DNA of 64,000 nucleotides from Verrucomicrobiia bacterium. GTDB taxonomy: Bacteria; Verrucomicrobiota; Verrucomicrobiia; Limisphaerales; JAKPVM01. Shown here in pieces: positions 32,059-40,986 of this stretch; position 1 is the stretch's first letter, and each line of letters opens with the position of its first letter. The stretch spans positions 3,394 to 67,393 of the forward strand of contig JBMFQZ010000020.1 of the NCBI GenBank assembly GCA_049968335.1, given 5' to 3'. The notes beneath the pieces were generated by a model, which worked only from the letters and a program-made list of their open reading frames with translations, was not told the origin of the DNA and did no database searches. A program made the position numbers and the translations under genes.

Positions 32059-32355
32059 ATGACCCGTCATTGTTACAAATGCGGATGGGAATATAAATTG
32101 CACGGACAGCCAGGTCGCTCTGAAACCTGTCCTCAATGCGGCGCGGACTTAAAAGTCTGTCTGAATTGTGTTAGTTACGACCCCCGGGCGGCTTATCAAT
32201 GCAGGGATAGACGAGCAGAGCCGGTTCAAGAAAAACATCTGGCAAATTTCTGCGAATACTTTGAGTTCGCGAAAAGGACTTTTATTCCAAACACCGAAGA
32301 GATGAAGCGGGAACAAGCCGCGCGCGAGCAGTTGAGAAAATTGCTTGGCGATTAA
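32059..32355 (+). CDS. Cys-rich (zinc-binding) hypothetical protein
   Basis: Three CxxC motifs, further Cys, ANFCEYF and a C-terminal AREQLRKLL helix. Confidence 0.7.
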   Translation: MTRHCYKCGWEYKLHGQPGRSETCPQCGADLKVCLNCVSYDPRAAYQCRDRRAEPVQEKHLANFCEYFEFAKRTFIPNTEEMKREQAAREQLRKLLGD

Positions 32356-32382
32356 TTTTATTGCCAGAGTTATAAAATTATA

Positions 32383-33711
32383 ATGAAAAAGCCTTTAGCT
32401 TTGCATTGCTGGTTCGTGGCAATAGTCGGTTTATTATTACTAAATCAGACTGTTCTTTTTTCTGATGACTTTAAAATATCGGCAATAGACCGGAACGGTT
32501 TCATTTTCTGGCAGAACGGCTACACAGCCGGCGTTGTTACGGTTCAGTTTAAGGAAAAACTTTCGCATCAGTGGCAAAACGGAAAAAATTATTTTACCAC
32601 CGGCAACTCTGGCTCTGTTAGTTTTAATTTTACTTCTTCAAATAGTTTTTACAGACTTGCGATTGTTGATATATCAACAAATTCTCCATCGCATTTCACC
32701 AACCTTATATACTCCTACGGCTTGCTTGAAACCATTGCCGGCAAGTATACGCCAACAGGTGGTCAAGACCAGGTCAATTACTGGCGTCCAGAATTTGAAG
32801 GCAACTTTGCCACAAACGCGGTCCTGTCGCGTCCGCACATCTGTTTTCCCGACCCTTACAACAACATTATACTCGTGGATGAAGGCAGCGATTCGGTGTT
32901 AAAAATTACCACAAACGGAACCATTCACACATTTGCCGGCACTCACATTCGCGGATTTAACGGCGACGGACCGGCGCCCGCCACAAATTTGAACCTCTAT
33001 CTGCCCAACGGCGGCTGGATGATGAAAGACGGAACATTCTACATACTTGATAGATACAACAAAAAAGTCAGAAGAGTCGATACAAACGGAATAATGACAA
33101 CCGTGTTTACAACCACAGCGGCGATAAATCGCGGTTTGTGGGTTAAAAAAGATGAGTCTGAAATCTATTTTTCGGCATCAACAGCCGTTTATAAATGGTC
33201 GCCTGCGGACGGTGTCGTGCTTGTTAGAAGCGGTTTTTCAGACCTTGCAAATATTCTTGGAAACGACACAACCGGCGACCTTTACATTACTGATAGAAAT
33301 ACCCATCGGGTTTATAAACTGACGCCTGAAGGCAATCTATTCGTAATTGCGGGAAATGGCACCACATCCGGCGGAGGAGACGGATTCCCCGCTCTCTCAA
33401 CCGGTTTAAACAGACCGCGCGGAATATGGTTTTTGCCAAACAACGGCTTCTTAATTTGCGAACACGACCCGGGCAATAGAATCTGGTATGTTGACCCTGC
33501 CGGGATAATTCACCTCTGGCTAAATGGAGACCGTCAGAACTCGCCACCACGCGGCGATGGAGAATGGTTTTACAATCCCTTAATGCCAAAGGTTACCAAA
33601 ATCAGATGGGTCACACTTGATAAAGAAGGAAATATCATAATCGTTGAAAGCGATATCGGCTATGTGCGAAAAATCCATTTCAAACGGCTCGCCTTTCCGG
33701 AGAATATTTAG
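32383..33711 (+). CDS. Secreted NHL-repeat beta-propeller protein
   Basis: Signal peptide; repeated AG.G..G..GDG.PA....L..P motifs. Confidence 0.8.
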   Translation: MKKPLALHCWFVAIVGLLLLNQTVLFSDDFKISAIDRNGFIFWQNGYTAGVVTVQFKEKLSHQWQNGKNYFTTGNSGSVSFNFTSSNSFYRLAIVDISTNSPSHFTNLIYSYGLLETIAGKYTPTGGQDQVNYWRPEFEGNFATNAVLSRPHICFPDPYNNIILVDEGSDSVLKITTNGTIHTFAGTHIRGFNGDGPAPATNLNLYLPNGGWMMKDGTFYILDRYNKKVRRVDTNGIMTTVFTTTAAINRGLWVKKDESEIYFSASTAVYKWSPADGVVLVRSGFSDLANILGNDTTGDLYITDRNTHRVYKLTPEGNLFVIAGNGTTSGGGDGFPALSTGLNRPRGIWFLPNNGFLICEHDPGNRIWYVDPAGIIHLWLNGDRQNSPPRGDGEWFYNPLMPKVTKIRWVTLDKEGNIIIVESDIGYVRKIHFKRLAFPENI

Positions 33712-33826
33712 AGCAAACAAAAATATATTCCATTAGTATGCCCCTTTTCCAGCCATTCCACAATGATAATAATTTACGGTAAAAAAGAGATTTGAAAAAA
33801 ATCTAAATCCTTTAAACTGTTGCATT

Positions 33827-34831
33827 ATGAAAAAAAGCCATTCCAACTTTTTAACACGTCGCGATTTTTTGAAAGGGAGTGTCAGCGCTATGGCTGGCAC
33901 TGCTATTTTAAGTCAGGTCTCTTCAGCGGGAGAACCTGCTGGTCAAAGCCAGCCGCAACCAGTAGCGCAAGATGTCAAAGTGCCAACAGGAACACTCGGC
34001 AAGGCGAAAATCAGCCGTTTGATGCTTGGGGGCAATCTGGTCTCCGGCTATATGCATTGCCGCGATTTAAAATACGTCGGCGCTCTGTTCAGGGCTTATG
34101 TGACAGAAGAAAAATTAATGGAAACTTTCAAACTCGCTGAACAATACGGGATAAACACCGTATTTGAAACCGGCGCCGAATACGTTGCCAGATACAATAA
34201 AAAGTATAATGGCAAGATGCAAATCATCCCTCATATTGAAGTTAAAGAAGGTCAATCGGATTCCGAACTGCGCGAACACATCAAACGACAGGCAACTGAC
34301 ACAGGGGCAATTGCGCTCTACGTTTGGGGTGTTTCAAGTGATTTGCTTGTAAAAAATGGGAAAGTGGATTTGCTCAAAAAGGCTGTTGAAATGGCAAAAC
34401 AGGAAACCGATTTGCCGATTGGCGTTGGCGGACATTCGCTGCTTGTCCCGATGTCGTGCGAGAAAAACAACATTCCCTGCGACTTTTACGTAAAAACATT
34501 CCACAGCGACAACTATCCATCGGCAACGCCAAAGCATTTAAGAAAAGAGTTTGTCTGGCTTGATGGCGGAGAAGGATGGTATGACAATATGTGGTGCATT
34601 AACCCGGAAGAAACAATTCAATTTATGAAACAGGTCAAAAAACCCTGGATTGCATTCAAGATTCTGGCAGCCGGCGCCTTATATCCGCTTCAAGCCTTTC
34701 CATACGCCTTTTCAAACGGCGCAGATTTTATAGCCGTCGGAATGTTTGACTTTCAAATTAAAGAAAATGCCACACTTGCCGCTAAAGTGTTGCGCCAGAT
34801 TCAATCTCGCGAACGCCCTTGGTATGGGTGA
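33827..34831 (+). CDS. Tat-exported aldo/keto-reductase-like TIM-barrel protein
   Basis: TRRDFLK Tat motif; LG..KISRL.LGGN, KPWIAFK.LAAG and GADF..VGMFDFQ motifs. Confidence 0.65.
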   Translation: MKKSHSNFLTRRDFLKGSVSAMAGTAILSQVSSAGEPAGQSQPQPVAQDVKVPTGTLGKAKISRLMLGGNLVSGYMHCRDLKYVGALFRAYVTEEKLMETFKLAEQYGINTVFETGAEYVARYNKKYNGKMQIIPHIEVKEGQSDSELREHIKRQATDTGAIALYVWGVSSDLLVKNGKVDLLKKAVEMAKQETDLPIGVGGHSLLVPMSCEKNNIPCDFYVKTFHSDNYPSATPKHLRKEFVWLDGGEGWYDNMWCINPEETIQFMKQVKKPWIAFKILAAGALYPLQAFPYAFSNGADFIAVGMFDFQIKENATLAAKVLRQIQSRERPWYG

Positions 34832-34970
34832 ATAAATGTTTAGTTGGTTACAAAAATACCTTCACAAATTCAATTTTAAGAAATTGCGCTTTTGGATGAA
34901 ATGAAATTGGATAAAGCATTTTATAATCAAAATTTAATGTTTAGAAATTACACCGACAGGGGCAAATACT

Positions 34971-35020
34971 TTTGGACTGCGGGAAAAGATTGCATAGCAA
35001 TCGCGACAGCTCTTTGTGAT
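34971..35020 (-). repeat. REP-like element, family A
   Basis: TTTGGACTGCGG...CGCGACAGCTCTTTGTGA, the reverse orientation of the 4901/17233 unit. Confidence 0.6.
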
Positions 35021-35300
35021 TTCAGACGGCGCAAAATTAATGGAATAAAAATAGAACATTAAATTTAATTTAATTACGAATATGGTATTTTACCCTGAAT
35101 CAATTGGACTTGCAAAATTGACAAGTTAAGTCTTAGAAGCCCAAAAAATATTATTTACAATGGTCTCGCGTAGTAGGCAGATGCTCTGCCGCCAACACAC
35201 CAAAGTATTTCTCCCCTTTTTAAAATAGCATTATATATCACTCGGTTCCAAAATAATACTTTGAATTTAGTGATAATGATTTGGGGATGACACGGAATTA

Positions 35301-38300
35301 GCTTTGCCTTGATTCCAATTTAGGATGGTGTAGAATAATACATATCGCCAGTCTATTTTAGGTGTGGCTTTGCCTTGATTCCAATTTAGGATGGTGTAGA
35401 ATAAAAACTATACCGAGTATTGCGAATTACTCGCTTTGCCTTGATTCCAATTTAGGATGGTGTAGAATCTTTATTTATTCTTCTGATATGTTCGCAATGC
35501 TTTGCCTTGATTCCAATTTAGGATGGTGTAGAATAGAGCAGTCAAGACGAGGCTTGGGTGACTTGCTTTGCCTTGATTCCAATTTAGGATGGTGTAGAAT
35601 ATATTCTCTTACCCACACACCACACATATTGCTTTGCCTTGATTCCAATTTAGGATGGTGTAGAATTGATAACGTTCTCATATTGTTATTGTTATCGCTT
35701 TGCCTTGATTCCAATTTAGGATGGTGTAGAATCCATTGACCAGCAGAAATTTTGTCAATCTGGCTTTGCCTTGATTCCAATTTAGGATGGTGTAGAATAT
35801 ACCCACCATCATTCAGTTTTACGCGCATGCTTTGCCTTGATTCCAATTTAGGATGGTGTAGAATAAGCACAGGACGACCGTTTATGTTTAGTTTGCTTTG
35901 CCTTGATTCCAATTTAGGATGGTGTAGAATACTTTATACCTTACATAATATTTATACTTAGCTTTGCCTTGATTCCAATTTAGGATGGTGTAGAATAAAC
36001 TCTTTAAAAGTAAGAACTCCCTCCTCGCTTTGCCTTGATTCCAATTTAGGATGGTGTAGAATCAGATGAATTTGCAAGAGAAGCCTATTATGGCTTTGCC
36101 TTGATTCCAATTTAGGATGGTGTAGAATCAGTGGACAAGATCACGGCACAGAAACCGAGCTTTGCCTTGATTCCAATTTAGGATGGTGTAGAATGCCAAA
36201 TCAGGCGTCAAAGCCACAACCTTAGCTTTGCCTTGATTCCAATTTAGGATGGTGTAGAATGCCCCCCATGAATTCAAAAGTCGCTAGAATTGCTTTGCCT
36301 TGATTCCAATTTAGGATGGTGTAGAATATTCTCTTCGCCAATAAACAGACAATTGCAGCTTTGCCTTGATTCCAATTTAGGATGGTGTAGAATGGCAGTG
36401 ACACTGTAGCGCTACCAGCGCCAGCTTTGCCTTGATTCCAATTTAGGATGGTGTAGAATGTATTCTCTCACCCATACACCTCTACTATCAGCTTTGCCTT
36501 GATTCCAATTTAGGATGGTGTAGAATCGACCATAGCCACAATAGCGGCTATGGTCAGCTTTGCCTTGATTCCAATTTAGGATGGTGTAGAATGTCATTAT
36601 ATGGCTATATGAAGAACGGCTGGCTTTGCCTTGATTCCAATTTAGGATGGTGTAGAATGCGATTGGCGTTCCGTATTGGAAAAAATTAGCTTTGCCTTGA
36701 TTCCAATTTAGGATGGTGTAGAATCCAACTCAGAAAACTACCATCATCCATTACGCTTTGCCTTGATTCCAATTTAGGATGGTGTAGAATAAAATCATTA
36801 AATACATTGCATAATTTTGGGCTTTGCCTTGATTCCAATTTAGGATGGTGTAGAATCCTGCTCCAGGCACACCAACAATGAGCTTTGCTTTGCCTTGATT
36901 CCAATTTAGGATGGTGTAGAATGCCCAACTAGAAAAAAATGGAATTGATAAGCTTTGCCTTGATTCCAATTTAGGATGGTGTAGAATTCATTGGTCTGTC
37001 TATACAGGCTTTGCTTATGCTTTGCCTTGATTCCAATTTAGGATGGTGTAGAATCGGCTTCAGCAGCGGCGACGCATACACGAAGCTTTGCCTTGATTCC
37101 AATTTAGGATGGTGTAGAATCTTGCGTGCCTTCGGAGTTAACCGCTTAGGGCTTTGCCTTGATTCCAATTTAGGATGGTGTAGAATCCAAAAAATTTCAA
37201 ATAACTGAGATTTTTGCTTTGCCTTGATTCCAATTTAGGATGGTGTAGAATGCCCGCGATCTTAGCTGTGACATAAGCACCGCTTTGCCTTGATTCCAAT
37301 TTAGGATGGTGTAGAATGTGCTACGCACGGACGCATATCACGCTAACGCTTTGCCTTGATTCCAATTTAGGATGGTGTAGAATACCAGCGATTGAGCAAG
37401 TTCAACTGAATTTGCTTTGCCTTGATTCCAATTTAGGATGGTGTAGAATTGCCAACAATTTAGGCACTTTCGAAATGCCGCTTTGCCTTGATTCCAATTT
37501 AGGATGGTGTAGAATCATCAAAGTAATGAGTATATTGATTGGCAGGCTTTGCCTTGATTCCAATTTAGGATGGTGTAGAATGGTAGGAATAGTCAGGCGC
37601 GTCATACGTGGGCTTTGCCTTGATTCCAATTTAGGATGGTGTAGAATACCAACAAAACAAATACTACCGGCAAAAACGCTTTGCCTTGATTCCAATTTAG
37701 GATGGTGTAGAATGCTTAATATTAGCAACACTACGCACACCAGGCTTTGCCTTGATTCCAATTTAGGATGGTGTAGAATATACCTTATAGATACACACGG
37801 AAAGGTATGGCTTTGCCTTGATTCCAATTTAGGATGGTGTAGAATCACAAAACCAATTGATTGATATATGATTACGCTTTGCCTTGATTCCAATTTAGGA
37901 TGGTGTAGAATGTATCCAACAGCCCAAAGCACAACGGCACTGCTTTGCCTTGATTCCAATTTAGGATGGTGTAGAATCCAGCTCCAGGCACACCCACAAT
38001 GAGCTTGGCTTTGCCTTGATTCCAATTTAGGATGGTGTAGAATCTCTCTGCCGAAGCGAGAAACAAGCCCTGCTTTGCCTTGATTCCAATTTAGGATGGT
38101 GTAGAATTCAGAAGCATCATCGAATCGGATGATGATGCTTTGCCTTGATTCCAATTTAGGATGGTGTAGAATACCCCAATAACAACCCTTGTATTTTACG
38201 CCGCTTTGCCTTGATTCCAATTTAGGATGGTGTAGAATTCATTGCGAATAAACCAATCCGATTCGTACGCTTTGCCTTGATTCCAATTTAGGATGGTGTA

Positions 38301-39688
38301 GAATAAGGGTTAATAGAAATTTCTTGATTGGATAGCTTTGCCTTGATTCCAATTTAGGATGGTGTAGAATCTTTCTCAACATCGCAAGCTTGGCGACGAC
38401 GCTTTGCCTTGATTCCAATTTAGGATGGTGTAGAATAACCCGTCCACACTTATAATTCACGTCTATGCTTTGCCTTGATTCCAATTTAGGATGGTGTAGA
38501 ATTCAACGAATCGTCAAGATTCGCGATTAACGGCTTTGCCTTGATTCCAATTTAGGATGGTGTAGAATACTTGCGATATCTGGTCAATTTCCTGTTCGGC
38601 TTTGCCTTGATTCCAATTTAGGATGGTGTAGAATCGAAATTGTTTCTCTATCAGACCTACATGCGCTTTGCCTTGATTCCAATTTAGGATGGTGTAGAAT
38701 ACAATTTGGATAATCCAGAGATCAATGTTGGCTTTGCCTTGATTCCAATTTAGGATGGTGTAGAATACGCGTATTACGTTGGTGAAAACGCTGCTTGCTT
38801 TGCCTTGATTCCAATTTAGGATGGTGTAGAATCTGGTTTTGCAATTAACGACTACCCACGACGCTTTGCCTTGATTCCAATTTAGGATGGTGTAGAATCT
38901 GTATTTGTCAACTAATCGCTGCAAATGCGCTTTGCCTTGATTCCAATTTAGGATGGTGTAGAATTAGCGTAATATCCATAACCATAGGCGCGGTGCTTTG
39001 CCTTGATTCCAATTTAGGATGGTGTAGAATAAGTGAAATAGGAATATATATTTGTCTATCGCTTTGCCTTGATTCCAATTTAGGATGGTGTAGAATTCAA
39101 TTTATATCGCTGGTCCATTCAGAATGGCTTTGCCTTGATTCCAATTTAGGATGGTGTAGAATTGCCGCAATACCTGTATCCTCCAGGACTCTGCTTTGCC
39201 TTGATTCCAATTTAGGATGGTGTAGAATCATTTCCAGAATTTGCAAGTCGTCCAGGTCGCTTTGCCTTGATTCCAATTTAGGATGGTGTAGAATGACGCG
39301 CTGATTGCGAGCCAGGGCACGGGAGCTTTGCCTTGATTCCAATTTAGGATGGTGTAGAATCCTTGCTATTATTATCATTCTCCCCTTGAGGCTTTGCCTT
39401 GATTCCAATTTAGGATGGTGTAGAATCCTGCATTTCCTCGCCCCTCCATGTTCTAGCTTTGCCTTGATTCCAATTTAGGATGGTGTAGAATAGAACAACA
39501 AATAAACATGCCAGAGGTTCGGCTTTGCCTTGATTCCAATTTAGGATGGTGTAGAATAGAATAACTATAGTTATTCTCGGTTATACAGCTTTGCCTTGAT
39601 TCCAATTTAGGATGGTGTAGAATGATTATTTAGGCTTAATAGATTAAATAATGCTTTGCCTTGATTCCAATTTAGGATGGTGTAGAAT
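35301..39688 (+). CRISPR. Type II-C CRISPR array: 67 identical 36-bp repeats (GCTTTGCCTTGATTCCAATTTAGGATGGTGTAGAAT) and 66 spacers of 28-31 bp
   Basis: Counted unit by unit: 67x36 + 1976 spacer nt = 4388 bp. The + orientation is inferred from tracrRNA complementarity. Confidence 0.98.
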
Positions 39689-39726
39689 GGCAGTTGGTAA
39701 CCTACTGATAAACAGGGGGTTACCAA
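39689..39726. promoter_or_regulatory. Short CRISPR leader between the array and cas2
   Basis: Only 31 bp separate the last repeat from the cas2 stop; an inverted repeat TTGGTAACC/GGTTACCAA overlaps the stop codon. Confidence 0.6.
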
Positions 39727-40055
39727 AATTGTAATTGTTCGGGCAGTTTCTCCGGCTTAACAGGTTTAGCCGGTTTTCCGTAAACGATGAATGATCTTTC
39801 CCATTGGGCTTTTGTAATAAAAATTGCCCTTACAGTTCCTTCCGGAGGCAAATTTTTCTTCACCCTTTCGATGTGGGTATATTGTCTTGCGAATGAAACG
39901 CACGGTCGAATATAAACGCTCAGTTGGATCATTATGTAGCCATCGTCTATGAGGAATTTTCTAAAATTTGTTGCGGCTTTTCTTTGTTCGGGAGTCAATA
40001 CCGGCAGATCAAATGCGACAAGCAACCATCCCATCTTATAGTTCTCCGATGCCAT
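39720..40055 (-). CDS. cas2: CRISPR-associated Cas2
   Basis: MGWLLVAFDLP, FRK.L..DGY.M.Q.SVY.R, LPP.G.VR...IT..QW and QLQFW motifs; start moved to MASENYK. Confidence 0.95.
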   Translation of the reverse strand: MASENYKMGWLLVAFDLPVLTPEQRKAATNFRKFLIDDGYIMIQLSVYIRPCVSFARQYTHIERVKKNLPPEGTVRAIFITKAQWERSFIVYGKPAKPVKPEKLPEQLQFW

Positions 40056-40068
40056 TTTAGTTTTAAAA

Positions 40069-40986
40069 TTAAATCTCGTTGTCAGGGATCTTTTCTTTGT
40101 TGATATACCACGGGCGATAATATTTTGCTTGTTGCTCAATAATCGCCCTGCGGAATCCCCTTAAAACGCATTCAATACATCCTCTGATTTCCAGTTTTAG
40201 CGAAAAATATTCGACCCGTTCTATGACAAACCCGGTTACCCACTTTCTGAATTCTTTAGTCACTTCAATAGGGTTATTATTATTTATCCATTGGATAACT
40301 CGCCAGTCTACGCACGGTCTAAAAGGCTCCATTAAGTCATAAGCCAGCGGTACGCTTCGTTCGCGTGGCACGTGAGAAATACCGAATGTCGGGTCTAATC
40401 CGAGGGCAAACAATTTTTGCAAAATTGTGGATAACAAAACCGCATAACCGTAGTTCAATAGATTGTTCATCCCGCCACCTTCGCGCTCCCGTTTGAATTC
40501 GCTTGAATTTGTTGCCGTTCCGATTATTTGCCAGTATAACTTGGCGCAGGTGGCTTCTTTGCTTTGTATTCTGGATGTTGCTGTATCTTTCAATAAATGT
40601 AATTTCGGATGGTCTGGCGCAAACTTTTCGCATAACGCAAGCTGATTTTTGCATTTTGCGTCAATTGTCTTTCGCCACAACAGCGCTTTAAATTTTTCTG
40701 GTGTATTAATTAACGCGCGGGTAAGCAATGTATCGGTGGAGCGATTAGCTGGTAGTAGCAGGCTTACAGGCTTAAACGCTTCGCAAATTATAAGTGTTAC
40801 GCCATATTTTGCCGCTTCCAATATCAGGTTGCTATGAAGAACAGCAGAAAAGCTAGTGACGATGATTGATGCAACATCTTCCAGCGGAAGGGAGCGCACC
40901 TCATCTTGCGTTTTGCACACAAGTTGACCGTCTTTACAGGATATTGAGCATTGTGGCGCGTCAATATTTACTATGTGATAAGACAT
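40069..40986 (-). CDS. cas1: Type II Cas1
   Basis: PLEDVA, K..NQ, EA..A..YW, N.LLNYGYAVL, GI.H and L.YDLMEPFRP.VD motifs; overlaps the cas9 end by 16 bp. Confidence 0.96.
   Translation of the reverse strand: MSYHIVNIDAPQCSISCKDGQLVCKTQDEVRSLPLEDVASIIVTSFSAVLHSNLILEAAKYGVTLIICEAFKPVSLLLPANRSTDTLLTRALINTPEKFKALLWRKTIDAKCKNQLALCEKFAPDHPKLHLLKDTATSRIQSKEATCAKLYWQIIGTATNSSEFKREREGGGMNNLLNYGYAVLLSTILQKLFALGLDPTFGISHVPRERSVPLAYDLMEPFRPCVDWRVIQWINNNNPIEVTKEFRKWVTGFVIERVEYFSLKLEIRGCIECVLRGFRRAIIEQQAKYYRPWYINKEKIPDNEI

Noticed and set aside
35234..35269. Possible degenerate terminal repeat one period before the array
   Set aside because: Only about 17/36 identity, and similar TCACTCGGTT..AAAAT text occurs at about 48722 near the REP-like elements; ambiguous.
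35362..39408. ORFs with LCLDSNLGWCRI, ILHHPKLESRQS or FYTILNWNQGKA repeats
   Set aside because: They are translations of the CRISPR repeat; the 66-bp period keeps frames open.
40056..40139. 28-aa N-terminal extension of Cas2 in the ORF track
   Set aside because: It overlaps cas1; Cas2 homology begins at about MASENYKMGW (40055).
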